DNA of 64,000 nucleotides from Eledone cirrhosa (lineage: Eukaryota), in contig OZ024742.1 in NCBI GenBank assembly GCA_964016885.1, forward strand, positions 263,438,001-263,502,000. Direction: 5' to 3'. How positions within the stretch are numbered: the stretch's first letter is position 1; each line of letters opens with the position of its first letter. The notes under the pieces are model-generated. The model saw only the letters and a list, made by a program, of their open reading frames with translations, made no database searches and was not told the DNA's origin. Below are positions 25,005 through 41,118 of this stretch, piece by piece. Position numbers and translations under genes: made by a program.

Positions 25005-28000
25005 ATTTTTCTTTTTATTTGCTAGAAGGGCCAACAAAAAGGGAACAATACAACAGACAGGGACAGTGTATGTGTGTGTGTGTGTGTGTGTGGGTGGGGT
25101 GGGGGGTGGGGGGGTTTACAATGAAATCGAGTAGAAAGAAATTAACAAACAAATAACAATGAACAAAAGAATTACAACAATGAAAATTCCCTAATAGTGG
25201 GGAGGACCACCCCGGGGTGCCTTAGGAACTCCACAAATCATAAACCACACGGCGCTCAAAGAGCACCTAGGAGGGCGATTCTCTACTCTCTAAAAAAGCC
25301 ACCCTACAGGCGCATGCTGAGAGTAAGCCCATTAACACGGGCTGCCCTCGCCACATTCAACCACGTTTTAGCAAATGTTCTGTGGGGCAGCACTTCTCTC
25401 TCTACCCTCACTTTCCTTTCCTAGTGAAAGGGGAAAAAGTTGAGTGATTGGTCGAAGAGAAAAGTGTCTGTTTTCAGTCCATTTAACCTGGTCCACCACA
25501 CAACCTCTTTCGCTACTGCCACCAGGCAGAGAAAAACTGCCTGTCCTTCCTAGCCAAAAGAAAGCGGCGGGTTGATCTTTACTATGGATTCGGACGGTAT
25601 CCGGATCAGTCCAACATACGGCAACAGCTGTTCTAGATAACTCCACAAGTCAGTAATGCATGGACATTGGATGAGTGCGTGCAAAACGGTTTCGTCGCTC
25701 TGCGCGCATCTCAGGCAAATCCGTCTGATACAATTTTTGTGCCTGTAGAGTTTATTTCGAACCGGCAGTGCTCCCCGGTAGCATTGCCAAGCGAGGGATT
25801 TCTGGAGGCTATCCATAGTCCCCCTACTCGAAAGTCCCCCGGAAAAGATTGGTCAGTTCAATTTTGTTGACACCCAGTGCCTTTCCAAGTGCGTCGTCGC
25901 ACCTGCCTACCACTAACCCTCTGTGTTTAATAGAGTTATGGGCCTGAAATTATCTAAAGGATTCCTCTTGTTCTCGTCTTTCCTCATCAACGTTACCACG
26001 CCCCAGCTCACAGAACTGGTATTACTCTTGTTCTGCTGCCAGTTGCAGTAGAGCGCGCTTCGAGGGGATCGGAGAACAAGTCTGGCATATCTACGTAAAA
26101 CTCGTGAAGCAGACAATCCAAACCGGGTGACTTGCACCTCGTGCAACCGACCAAGACATCCCGAATCTCAGCTGTCGTTATCGGCCTTTCGCAGCACTCA
26201 GTATCGTCGAGGCAGGAGCTGAAGTACACCACGGTCTCCGATCCTCACCCTCCCCTAACAGTCGAACAAAGTGCTGGCGAATGGTCGCACACATCTGCAT
26301 AGAATCGTTCGGTCCATCAAAGACAGAATCGTGATTTTGTTACCACGCTGCGCCTCCGCTACACGGGTCCATCGAATAGATTTCGTTCCCTCGTTTCTTA
26401 GGTCTGCCAATGCAACTTCTGTGTTTCTCATTGAAGAAATGGTCTACTACCATTCTTGCCGCTAGAACATCAGTTGCAATGCCGCTACAAATAGTCTAGT
26501 CTAATTTAGCTGCCAACTCCCCCTCCTTTCTATTTATTTCTTGCGCTACTTTTTCTTTTCTACTAAAGCCTGTTGATATTACTCTAATATCTCTCTCGAA
26601 AGCCCCACCACCTGTTGTTCACGACGCCCCTGCAAACTTACACTTAACTAAAGTGGTGACCCGGTCCCTATATGATTTACGTGCCGGGAACGCCATGTTC
26701 AGCTGCCAGTAACAAGGTCCTAACCTGCGTATCCTATCTAGGTCGATCCTGCAGATCACAAACTTATGATCTGAATAGGTGACCGTTTGAAAATGTGGTC
26801 AACCATAACTATCCTTAAATAGTCATCTAATACAAATCCTATCTATGTACGATCTAAATGACCCTATGTGGTTTGTCCAGGTTCACACTGGTTCATTAGG
26901 GAAATCTGGTCGGTACCTTTCAGACAGTTAGAACTGGCTGATCAAGTACTTGAGGCTTTTGCATGCCCCACACAATCGTCTAAGATGCCAACGTGCGTCT
27001 AAGCTGCCGTCCCAGTCCCCCGAAAACAGTAAAGGGCAAAGCGTTCCCAGAAAGGTTTCTAGGCATCTAAAGAAATCTGCTATTGCTCACGTCCAGTACT
27101 AATAACTTACCGTCCGGTTCCAGGAAGATAGACCTTACCTCGACATCCTGGCCTAAACAACACGCCCACTCAACCTCCATTCCCAGCCGGCTAAGAAGAT
27201 CTGATATTCGTCGAAAATGGGGTCTAGTGCGCATGTGTCGAAAATCCTGGTGTTGTTGACGGCAGTCACGTCCATATCTAGTAACCTGAGATCGTTCAGC
27301 AAGCGACCCTGCTTCAAGACGACATCGGGCTACAAACATTTAAACATCCTACTCTTAAGATGGCCAAGAGAAGAAAAGCGTAATTATCTCTCGGGGGCTT
27401 GTAGAGATCAGGTGGTTCCACCACCATACTTGGTGGGGTTTCTTTTGGGTACTCCTTAAGCAGTCTGCTTGTTGGCCTAACATTTGGGGATCCCCTGTCA
27501 CGAGAAAAGCTATCCCCCAATGCCTTTGTAGGTATCGAGCGACATTCCTACCAGTAGTAAATCATCTGGTACAGGAAATGTGTTCGTTCCAAAAATCTTC
27601 CCCTCTTTCTTGATTTCTTGTCTTCGTTGCCCCTTCTTATAAGCACGAAGTTTTGTGTGCTTTCTTGTTGTTGTGGTTGCACTTGTTTGCGTTTTGGTGA
27701 TTCTGGTGATGGTGTTGTGAGTGTGGTGTCTGTGATTTCAGTTGTATGTGTATGTGTGGAATGCTTGCGGTTTTCTTTTTCTTGTGTTTGCATTTTTTTT
27801 GCCTTCTTTGGTTGTCCCTTTTCTTCGTTACCAGAAGACGAAGACTGTTATTTTCTGAAGTTTAAGTGATTGTGGTCTGTGTGTTTATGTGTGTACTTGT
27901 TTTGAGAGGGGGAGTTGGAGAGCTTCCTTCATTTTCCTACCTGGACTGGTTTTGATGCTGGTGGTGGTGCTGCCGGTGCTGGTGGTGGTGCTGCCGGTGC

Positions 28001-29286
28001 TGGTGGTGGTGGTTGTGGAGTTTTACGTCCCGGAACTGGCGTTTGCAGTAACGGAGGCTTGCGGTGTCCTGAGTTTTTGAGTTCAAAGATGTGTTGCTTC
28101 GCGGCAGACGAAACAGTGTGGCCTTCTCCCCTTAGTGACCACTTGTAGGGTGGACTCGTCCCGAAGGTGCACATGGTCCGGTATGTTTTTCAGTTTGTCT
28201 GATTTGATTTGGAGAACCAATCCTCTCTAGACGTTTTTCTTACGTCCATGAGTGTACTATTTGTATCCTCCTCGACCAAGTATGTCAGGAGCCACCATAG
28301 GTTAAGTCCTGGCAGGATCGTGGGAATGCGGACCTTTACTGTCCTCCTGCCCATGTGGGACGGGTACATTACTATGTGATCCGTTCTACAGGGGGCCACC
28401 AAGTGTTTAATAGCAAGGGCCTCGGTCACGAACAGCACTGAAATGGTGCCGAACTGTCTGGCCCTTCCTTTGTATTCTGTCATCTTTGATGCATTTCATT
28501 GCAGCTTCCACTTCAGCTTGGGTGGTGAGTTCTGTTTGTGGGTCTGCACTGAAACGCATCTATATGTGAACGTCCTCCTTTACATTGCTGCCATTTCTTC
28601 GTCCTGGATGTTTATGTTGGCCCAGGTTCTTTCCTGCTTACTGAGTTTCCACGCCTGGGTCAAATGTTCTTCCTTGTCCGAAATATCTACTTGAAAGAAT
28701 TTCTTTGTTTTTGCAGTCGCAGCTGAGAATGTGTTGTTGTTGCTGGTTTGTCGCATTCCTTTTTCCTCTCGTTGTTGTTAATGTTGTTATCGTTGTTGCT
28801 GTTGTTGCTCTTGTTGCTGGTGCTGGTGGTGTTGTTCACAGTGTTATATTTGTTGGTCGTGTTGTCATTGGTGTTGTCATTAATTCCGTTGTTGTTCTGG
28901 TTTGTTTTTTTATTGGTGCTGCTGCTGTTGTTGCTGTTATAGGCAATACTGCCTAAAGTAATGTTGGTTTTAATCATGGTGGTGGTGGAAGTGGTGTAAC
29001 TCAGCTCAACGTTCGAGTCGCTGTCACGTGACAGCTGGCTCAACATTGGAGGGCGTGTTTCGTCCATGTCTTTTTTTTTTTGCAAAAAATATATTTTTTT
29101 AAACAAAATAAAGTCCGAAAATTTGGGCCAAGGCCCAAATATCCTGGAGTCTCCTTTGTTGGGGACAAAAACCAATGCCTTATGACTCCTTTAAGACAAA
29201 AGTGTCCAACAAATTAATAAACAAACGGGTTAAATCAACACCATTACAAGAGCTCCAAAATAACATCCGTACACGTCAACCGTCAA
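25005..29286 (-). mobile_element. Decayed Tx1-clade LINE with an internal deletion of most of the RT domain
   Basis: Remnants ILRVGCLN, KSPGLD, NFRPITLLNTE, QKSLAWQCYRGALPVR, CLRC...ETVLHALIQCP and ORF1-like YPSHMGRRT are homologous to the 49-55 kb element. Many stops. Confidence 0.9.
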
Positions 29287-29299
29287 AGATAATAATAAT

Positions 29300-29705
29300 G
29301 CTTTCTGATTTAGGCACAAGGCCAGCAATTCTGGGAGAGGGGAAAGTCGATTAAATTGGTCCCAGTGCCTTACTGGTACTTTATTTTATCGACTCCATAA
29401 GGATGAAAGGCAAAGCTAGGTTCGATGGGGTTTGAACTCAGAACGTAAGGGGCCTTAACTCTATGCTGCAAAGCATCATGTCCGACGCTCTACCGATATT
29501 GAATAAAATAAGGTTCTAATAATAATAATAATAATGGTTTCTTATATAGGGACCAGGCCCACAATTTTGGGGAGGGGAAAGTCGATTAAATCGACCCCAG
29601 TGCGTGACTGGTACTTTATTTTATCGACCCCGTAAGGATGAAAGGCAAAGCTAACCTCAGTTGGATTTGAACTCAGTCTGTAAAGGGCCGTAATTCTATG
29701 CCGTG
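29300..29705 (-). mobile_element. Two tandem SINEs (main family)
   Basis: Copies at ~29300-29500 and ~29536-29705, each with a (TAA)n tail. Confidence 0.8.
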
Positions 29706-30042
29706 AATAATAACAAGGACAACAACAAAAACAATAATTCTTTGTTACGTAGATATAGGACCACAGCTTGATACTTTTCTCAACATAAACAGCATCCTCA
29801 TCAAAACAATAGCAACAATAATAACACCCCCATCACCACCACCACCACCACCACCACTAACAACAACAATAAGAACAACACTACTAGTGCGTTGCATTAC
29901 TATGTTTGATGCTCCTGAATTAAGCTTCAATATTGGTATATAAAGTACCAGTAATTGCTGGCCTTGTGTCTAAAGTAGAAACATTTATTACATAGTTTGA
30001 TACGTCATTTCTGACGTCAACGAAGCAAAAATGAGAGAGATA

Positions 30043-30130
<88 letters not shown>

Positions 30131-30201
30131 GAGGGGGCAAGATGGAAGAGAGCGGAAACGATAGCGAGTATAATGAATATATAGTTATAGTTAAGTATTA
30201 A

Positions 30202-30305
<104 letters not shown>

Positions 30306-30767
30306 AATTAACCGCATCTCAAACAACACGACGACAACGACGACCTCCACCCCCACCATCACTACGGCCACCACAAGGAAAAACAGGAGCAGCAAATGAC
30401 GACAATTGCTTGCCGGAAGTCTATTTTACGGAGTTGATCGGCGTTTCCATTTCTTTCGTCACAGCTTTCACATTTATATTGTATCTCCTACCACTACTCT
30501 TGCCAACACTTCAACAACACCTCCAAAATCTGCCCCTACAAATGTTGGTGATGCGGAACCTATTTCACTATTTCCTTTCCAAAGTAGATAGCTCTGATAA
30601 ATAACAAATCGCTTTTCACCTCACTCCAAACACGAAAAGTAAAGAAAAGTATAAAGATAACAATAAAAGCAATTATTTTGTAATATTTCAGTAGGTGACG
30701 TTTCACATTCTGTATTATCTGGCAGTAGCTATTTTATCTTGCATTGAATCCAATGAAATAGTCTTAC

Positions 30768-30962
30768 CTGTTCCTTTCGAATGTTGTCCGTTTGAATAGT
30801 TCCTTCAGAGTTGCTCTCTCCACTACAAATGACATTTAGGTCACTCCTACGTTTTTGAATATCCACTGTAATATCTTCGATATTAGTTGAAATGTCAGGA
30901 ATCTTTCCATTGTCGTAGGAAGCGCCATCTCGCCGGAATAAATCAGCCTTTCTTTCGTCATT
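30768..30962 (-). CDS. Exon of host gene (NDERKADLFRRDG...TDNIRKEQ, 65 aa)
   Basis: ttttctttatttaaaaaAG| 195 nt open |GTAAGA, phase 0/0. Confidence 0.7.
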
Positions 30963-31584
30963 CTTTTTTAAATAAAGAAAAACATAAAATAAGTCGGTAT
31001 AAAACTATGCATATATGCATGTATGTATGTATGAATGCATGCGTGTATGTTTGCATATATGTATGGATGCCTGCGTGTATGTTTGTATATATGTATGGAT
31101 GCATGCATGTATGTTTGTATGTATGCATTTATGTATGCATGCATACATATATACATACATACTTATATACAGACTTTCGTAAGTATGTATGTATGTATGT
31201 ATGTATGTATGTATGTATGTATGTATGTATGTATGTATGTATGTGCATATATGTATGCATGTATGAATGAATGAATGTATGTGTGTGTGTAGGTACGTCT
31301 AATTAGAACCCCCACGGCACTAAAAATCAATATTGAGAGAGATAACATAAATGGAGTGGAGACGGTTCAGGGCCCTTACACATCAAGACAACCTTGCTTC
31401 TATGATAAAACGAAGACAATAGAGGGTAAAGAGGACTGTCCAGTCTGGCTACACATATGAAAACTTCTCTAGTGTTGGTGCTATAATAAATAAAATGTAC
31501 TGTAAAGTGGTAGTGTCGGTACCACGATAAAGCGCACCCAGTACATATTGTAAGCTGGTTGGTGTTTGGAAAAGTATCCAACTC

Positions 31585-31685
<101 letters not shown>

Positions 31686-31850
31686 AGAATATGGATGACT
31701 TCATTCTATATTCATAAGAAAATAAGGAACATTGAATTTAAATGAATTCCTTGCTTTGCAAAGTAAACATTTTGATACCATAGCCTGTCCAAGGGTCTAG
31801 AGAAAATGTATATGTATTTTGAGGGGGTGGTTCCGGTAGTTTCTGAGTTA

Positions 31851-31986
<136 letters not shown>

Positions 31987-32031
31987 GAGAGTAAAACAAA
32001 GAATCCTTTAATACATCAAAAGTTTTTATTA

Positions 32032-32069
32032 GCCGACAATGTTTCGTCCTATTAAGGACTCATCAGGGC
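32032..32069 (-). ncRNA. Minimal type I hammerhead (inverted copy of 32427-32464)
   Basis: Reverse complement in the left arm of the fold-back. Confidence 0.88.
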
Positions 32070-32426
32070 AATCAAAACAACAAGAGGTAATATCGGCAGA
32101 TACAAGCCAGAAACTCTGAAGAATATGGAGTGTACATACACTAATGTCTTACAAAGATATACGATAATAAAAATGAAAATAAAGATAAAAATAATAAAAA
32201 TATATAATAAGAATAACTAAGGATGTAGATAACATTAAGAACCATATTACAAATATAGTCCAAAGCAACCAACCTAAATCCAAACAAATTTGGTTATATA
32301 GAGCAGGAATTATATATAACACAATATATTATCGTATATCTTCGTAAGACATTAGTGTATGTACACTCCATATTCTTCAGAGTTTCTGGCTTGTATCTGC
32401 CGATATTACCTCTTGTTGTTTTGATT

Positions 32427-32464
32427 GCCCTGATGAGTCCTTAATAGGACGAAACATTGTCGGC
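32427..32464 (+). ncRNA. Minimal type I hammerhead ribozyme
   Basis: gcc-CTGATGA-gtcct-taat-aggac-GAAAC-att-GTC^-ggc. Confidence 0.88.
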
Positions 32465-32840
32465 TAATAAAAACTTTTGATGTATTAAAGGATTCTTTGT
32501 TTTACTCTCTTAATTTTTTGGCTCTGTTTAACTGCATTGAGCTATACCTTTTACTGTCATTTATATAATACGAAGAGGGTGTTTGACTCAAATACGCTCC
32601 AGTATTCTAATCCTTATATATATATATATGTATATGTTATGTATTTCCGTAAAAAGGTAAAGGCAAGAAGAGTGCTCTACGTATAGTACAGAGCAATTCA
32701 ATTACATAATAAACAACACAATATATTTATTCCATTACCAAAGGTTTCAGGAAACTAGACGATCCTAACAGAAAGGTTTCTGTTAGGATCGTCTGCTAGG
32801 ATCGTCTAATGGAATAATTATATGGTGTTGTTTATTATGT

Positions 32841-32879
<39 letters not shown>

Positions 32880-33004
32880 GGAGGTGAGTTTTATTGTAGT
32901 ACAATAAAGCAATGCAGATATCGGATAAGAAGCACTCTACAGTTTGTAGGACTGGAGTATACATAATATATAAGATCAAAAGATGATTAAAAGAGTTCCA
33001 TGTA

Positions 33005-33071
33005 TTTTATTATGCGCATTTCAAAAACAAATATCATCATGCAATAACATTTGCGTTTTCATCAGATAAAA
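33005..33071 (-). ncRNA. Type I hammerhead, same family as 62578
   Basis: Reverse complement of the 46202 motif. Confidence 0.8.
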
Positions 33072-33161
33072 TAGGAAGACATGATATGAAGGTTAAAAAA
33101 CACTTGTGAATAGTGCAGGTAATAAAATACATGGAACTCTTTTAACCATCTTTTGATCTTA

Positions 33162-33202
<41 letters not shown>

Positions 33203-33255
33203 ATAGAAAAGCTTCTGCAGTACTAGAACTGTTTCATTCGTGAGAAATCATCAAG

Positions 33256-33307
33256 AAGCTCCTGATGATTTCTCACGAATGAAACAGTTCTAGTCCGGTA
33301 GAAGCTT
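33256..33307 (+). ncRNA. Degenerate hammerhead in fold-back element
   Basis: Consensus of both arms: agcttc-CTGATGA-tttc tcac gaat-GAAAcagt-tctagt-actGTA^-gaagct. Confidence 0.6.
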
Positions 33308-33535
33308 TTCTATATTAAACATTTATACTCTGCCTTGTATTGAGTACCTTACTTACTGTGGTTATCCCCGATTGATCCCGGGATAACATATATATATTTA
33401 CGTCAATACTCATCTTTTTCCATTTCTCCGAGGGTTCTTAATCAGGCTAAATAATTTCTTTAATTTCTTTAGTCAAAATACGGCGATAGCTTACATTTCT
33501 AATAATTTCAAACCAACTCGCTGTTTCGAAAATAT

Positions 33536-33576
<41 letters not shown>

Positions 33577-33577
<1 letters not shown>

Positions 33578-33960
33578 TGGAAAATGTGTGTAATCCTTGG
33601 TATAGTTAGGTATATTAAGATTGGAGGGAAGAAAAAAATGGCTTCACTTGTGCTTTCAACAAATTTATTTTCTTCACAAAATCCAAAAATCCAAAATCAA
33701 ACAGTTTGACAAGCGCACCTCAGCGTGAAAGGTCTTTCTAAAAACGAAACAATACCTCCTACGTTAACCAAGAACTCCTAAGACCTACTACGTTAACCAA
33801 GAACTCCTAAGACCTAACCAACAACCAACAACTTAATTTACAAAAAAAATTTTTTTTAAGAGAATTTTTTCTAATCCAGAAAAAAATTCTTTTTGGATTT
33901 TGTGAAGAAAATAAATTTGTTGAAAGCACAAGTGAAGCCATTTTTTTCTTCCCCCCTATC

Positions 33961-33965
<5 letters not shown>
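33577..33965. mobile_element. Fold-back element in (TA)n
   Basis: Arms ~33612-33688 and ~33890-33966; internal ~31-bp tandem duplication ctacgttaaccaagaactcctaagacct. Confidence 0.75.
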
Positions 33966-34041
<76 letters not shown>

Positions 34042-34044
<3 letters not shown>

Positions 34045-34302
34045 AGAATATTTTCGAAACAGCGAGTTGATTTGAAATTATTAGAAATGTTAGCTATCGC
34101 CGTATTTATCTAAAGAAATTAAAGAAATTATTTAGCCTGATAGTGGGGTTAAGAAGCCTCGGAGAAATGGAAAAAGATGAGTATTGACGTGTACGTCAAT
34201 ACTCATCTTTTTCCATTTCTCCGAGGGTTCTTAACCTCACTATCAGGCTAAATAATTTCTTTAATTTCTTTAGCCAAAATACGGCGATAGCTAACATTTC
34301 TA

Positions 34303-34303
<1 letters not shown>
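34042..34303. mobile_element. Fold-back element; single arm also at 33399-33540
   Basis: Palindrome centred on gacg-tgta-cgtc at ~34191. Confidence 0.8.
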
Positions 34304-34386
<83 letters not shown>

Positions 34387-34644
34387 GTAAAAGATATAGT
34401 ACCAGGCAAAAAGAAAAAAAATGACTAGGCAAGAAGTAAAGGTTAGAAGAGGAAAAATTAATTTAGAGTTCGTTCCTCATCATATGTTTCTGTACAATAT
34501 CAGTCTACTAGCACTAACTGCATAGTCATATGCTCAATCGCAAGCATTATGTAATATATTGCACTTCATCAGAAAGAGTAGAATGTTCATAGTTCAAGGT
34601 GAGGTCGCTGCATCTTGCAATAGGGATAAGAATTTTCTTACTGC

Positions 34645-34675
<31 letters not shown>

Positions 34676-35162
34676 CTGGATACATATATGGATATATGTA
34701 CATGGATACATATATGTATGTGTATGTGCGTGCGTTTAGGGTGTGGTGGTAGTGTTGTAGTTACAGTCATTGACTAGTTGCGTTCAATCATTCAAAAGGA
34801 AATCTATTAAGTACAAAGGAACTATAATGATATGATGTAATTAACTGAAATAGATTGATAACAGTGTGAACTGAACTTAGCCCCCCCCTCTCTCTCTCTC
34901 AAAATGTACATTTTGTCACACTTACATTTATACGAACGTACGTATTATGTATGTATGTATGTATGTATGTATGTATGTATGTATGTATGTATGTATGTAT
35001 GTATGTATGTATGTACGTACATATATACATACATATATACATACATATATACATATATATAGATACATACATATATATATATACATACATACACATATAC
35101 ATATATATATACATACATACATATATACATATATATATACATACATACATGTATACATATAC

Positions 35163-35197
<35 letters not shown>

Positions 35198-35275
35198 CAT
35201 ACATATATACATATATATATACATACATACACACATACATATATATATATATATACATACATACATATATATACA

Positions 35276-36838
<1,563 letters not shown>

Positions 36839-36858
36839 ATACATACATACATACATAT

Positions 36859-37444
36859 ATGGTGGCTGCCAACTCGTTTTCGAGTACGGCCACTACTTTA
36901 TATCCATGTATATCCGATGCGCTGAACGAGTGTGACTTTTAGTCCAGCCAGCGACTTGAAAACTCTGGTACAAACACTACACTTGTGACATTTATTGACA
37001 CATAGTGCTGGGCCCATGGTACCATGTGACGATAAGGGCAGAGAGATCTCCAGATATAAAGCAATGCCTGTGCCGTGAAGCTTTTATAGTGAGCAAAGGA
37101 ACTGCACAAAGCCAGTCCCACTCTCTTAACCAAGATGATATTTACCAAAAAGAAGAACAAGTCAACATCATTGGATACCATCAGGGTTGCAGGTGTTATA
37201 TCAGAGTTTTCCTTCTCCTAGAATTCTGCCTTGACAAAGGCTAAGGGGTCATCTCTCCCGGTGATTTTGGATGGCCATTGACTCTTAAGAGGTCCTTTGC
37301 TCTTTGACAGGTTTTGTTTTTAGTCCTGCAGGATGTCCAAAGTCACCCTCCTCACCAAGAAACCTTGGTGGGGTTTCCAGTTTAGTCGCCAACGACCCGA
37401 CCATGAGACAGGTTGTACTGGGATACATGTTACCAGTAGCACCA
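36859..37444 (-). mobile_element. Non-autonomous RTE derivative, copy 3
   Basis: Reverse complement of 37785-38389. Confidence 0.85.
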
Positions 37445-37461
37445 TATATATATACATACAT

Positions 37462-37560
<99 letters not shown>

Positions 37561-37784
37561 CATATATATATATACATATGTGCACAGTCTTTCCTCACTT
37601 TAAAAAATATCTTCACGTACAGGCATTGCACGATAGAATTAATTAATAATGGTAAATCGTGCAATGAGCATACTCGATAACGAGGCCATCATGTATGTAT
37701 GTATGTATGTATGTATGTATGTATGTATGTATGTATGTATGTATGTATGTATGTATGTATGTATGTATGTATGTATGTATGTAT

Positions 37785-38389
37785 GTCAGGTCAGGTCACC
37801 ACTTGGTGCTACTGGTAACATGTATCCCAGTACAACCCAGTACAACCCAGTACAACCTGTCTCATGGTCGGGTCGTTGGCGACTAAACTGGCAACCCCAC
37901 CAAGGTTTCTTGGTGAGGAGGGTGACTTTGGACATCCTGCAGGACTAAAAACAAAACCTGTCAAAGGGCAAAGGAGCTCTTAAGAGTCAATGGCCATCCA
38001 AAATCACCGGGAGAGATGACCCCTTAGCCTTTGTCAAGGCAGAATTCTAGGAGAAGGAAAACTCTGATATAACACCTGCAACCCTGATGGTGTCCAATGA
38101 TGTTGACTTGTTCTTCTTTTTGGTAAATATCATCTTGGTTAAGAGAGTGGGACTGGCTTTGTGCAATGCCTTTGCTCACTATAAAAGCTTCACGGCACAG
38201 GCATTGCTCTATATCTGGAGATCTCTCTGCACTTGTCGTCACATGGTACCATGGGCCCAGCACTATGTGTCAATAATTGTCACAAGTGTAGTGGACTAAA
38301 AAGTCACATTCGGTCAGCGCATCGGTAGGGGTTCTCCTACATGGATATAAAGTAGTGGCCATACTCGAAAACGAGTTGGCAGCCACCAT
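37785..38389 (+). mobile_element. ~600-bp non-autonomous RTE derivative (5' UTR joined to ORF 3' end), copy 1
   Basis: First ~200 bp match the 5' UTR of the RTE at 8940-9132. Ends ggcagccaccat followed by (GTAT)n. Confidence 0.85.
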
Positions 38390-38457
38390 GTATGTATGTA
38401 TGTATGTATGTATGTATGTATGTATGTATGTATGTATGTATGTATGTATGTATGTAT

Positions 38458-39067
38458 GTCAGGTCACCAGTTGGTGCTACTGGTAACATGTATCCCAGTA
38501 CAACCTGTCTCATGGTCGGGTCGTTGGCGACTAAACTGGCAATCCCACCAAGGTTTGTTGGTGAGGAGGGTGACTTTGGACATCCTGCAGGACTAAAAAC
38601 AAAACCTGTCAAAGGGCAAAGGAGCTCTTAAGAGTCAATAGCTATCCAAAATCACCGGGAGAGATGATCCCTTAGCCTTTGTCAAGGCTGAATTCTAGGA
38701 ATAGGAAAACTCTGATATAACACCTGCAACCCTGATGGTATCCAATGATGTTGACTTGTTCTTCTTTTTGGTAAATATCATCTTGGTTAAGAGAGTGGGA
38801 CTGGCTTTGTGCAGTGCCTTTGCTCACTATAAAAGCTTCACGGCACAGGCATTGCTTTGTATCTGGAGATCTCTTTGCACTTGTCGTCACATGGTACCAT
38901 GGGCCCAGCACTATGTGTCAATGGTTGTCACAAGTGTAGTGTTTGAACCAGAGTTTTCAAGTCGCTGGCTGGACTAAAAAGTCAGACTCCTTCAGCGCAT
39001 GGGTAGGGGTTCTCCTACATGGATATAAAGTAGTGGCCGTACTCGAAAACGAGTTGGCAGCCACCAT
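38458..39067 (+). mobile_element. Non-autonomous RTE derivative, copy 2 (tandem with copy 1)
   Basis: Near-identical to 37785-38389 and separated from it only by (TATG)n. Confidence 0.85.
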
Positions 39068-39283
39068 GTATGTATGTATGTATGTATGTATGTATGTATG
39101 TATGTATGTATGTATGTATGTATGTATGTATGTATGTATGTATGTGAATATATATGTGTGTTTATACATTTACCTCCTGTGATATACATGCTTATACATA
39201 GACACATGTATGGCATTGCATTGACGCATATAATTATATCAAAACATGCACAACTATTCATAAATACACACACATACTTATAG

Positions 39284-39421
<138 letters not shown>

Positions 39422-39427
39422 TTATAT

Positions 39428-39647
39428 AGTAATAATAATAAATTTGAAGACTAAAATCCAAAGAGGGCTCGATAAGAATAAATATATATCAAATATATAA
39501 GTACCGTAGAGCAAATATTTATTAAAATAACAGATTAAAGTTTAAGCAAAGAATCGCTGCTTTCACCCTTAACGGGATCTACTGTAGATCCCGTTAAGGG
39601 TGAAAGCAGCGATTCTTTGCTTAAACTTTAATCTGTTATTTTAATAA

Positions 39648-39648
<1 letters not shown>
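39428..39648. mobile_element. Fold-back element; family also at ~390-465, 10649-10792 and 46983-47085
   Basis: Arms ~39520-39580 and ~39586-39646; shared termini agtaataataataaat and ctgttattttaat. Confidence 0.8.
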
Positions 39649-39702
<54 letters not shown>

Positions 39703-40489
39703 CAGATACATAAAGATTAGATGTTTTCTTCTTTCACATATATGCCTCTTAAATATCTGTAATTCAATCTGAATCTTTGATTAGGGAAAGTGGGCGCCTA
39801 TACATAACATACACTATTATCTCTAATACAAGCTTCTAAACACTAATAGAGGGAAATGACAGTAAAGAGCCATGACAATAGAACGATGTGATTGCTTACA
39901 CGACTAACAGAGATGCAACAGTAGAAAGACTTAATAGTAGGGAGATGTGATGGTACAAATAGATAAGTGAAGATGGAAATATGTCGCAATGCTTTGATGG
40001 TGCTCTGTCGCTGTAGTGCAGAAGTTTTCAAACTAGTCGGGGTGGGAGCGGCTAATGCCCACTTTGAGAACCTCTACAGTAGAGTTTATGATATATATCA
40101 CTGTAGGGATTGTGAGGGTTGAGAGGTAAGTTTGTAGAAACATGTGACAGAAAGAAAGTGTGACAGGATAGACTAGCAAAAGTAGAGAGGTATATAATAG
40201 TCGAGAGGTATGGAGATAATAGTGTTTCAGGATCTTTATCCCTTTTTAGTGACGTTTATTCACTTGGCACTGAGGAAAATAAGCTGATAGCTTATATATA
40301 GATTTTGTTTTGCAAATTATACATTTATGGAGATGTTCATTTGCATATAGTGTGAGCTTGGTAGGCTGGCATTAATTAGCAGTAGTACTAACACAGTGTT
40401 ATTCAGAATTGAGGCGCAGATGAACCATATGGACGCATATGCAATATGTTTATGTATAATATACATGCATACGCTGTTGAGTATGTGTA

Positions 40490-40519
40490 TAATGATGATG
40501 ATGATGATGATGATGATGT

Positions 40520-40560
<41 letters not shown>

Positions 40561-40709
40561 TTGATGATGATGATGATGATGATGAAAATCGCGATGATGG
40601 TGTCGAAGTTGGCGTTGAAGATGATGATAAGAAAAAGAAAGCAGAAGTAAGCCATAGAAAACGACAACTTAAAAAAATCCCAGGAAACTTTAGAAGCCAT
40701 AATGAATGC

Positions 40710-40760
<51 letters not shown>

Positions 40761-41087
40761 GCGGAAAAAGAAGATGTAAGGAAGCAAGGAAGATATGAAA
40801 ATTGAAGAGACTACGAAGAAGGAAAGAAGAAAGAAACAATAGGAAAAAAGAGCTAAAGTGAAAGAGAACAATATCATTGAAAAACAAAAGGAGAAAAAGA
40901 AAGAAAGAGAACCAAGTGACAAGAAGAAAAAAACGGAAAAAATGAGATAATAGAAAGAAGAAGGAGAAAAACACCAGTGAAAGAAGAAGAAGAAGAAGAA
41001 GAAGAAGAAGAAGAAGAAGAAGAAGAAGAAGAAGATGACGACAACGACGACGGAAAAATAGAAAAATGAAGAGAAAGTAGTGTAATG

Positions 41088-41118
<31 letters not shown>

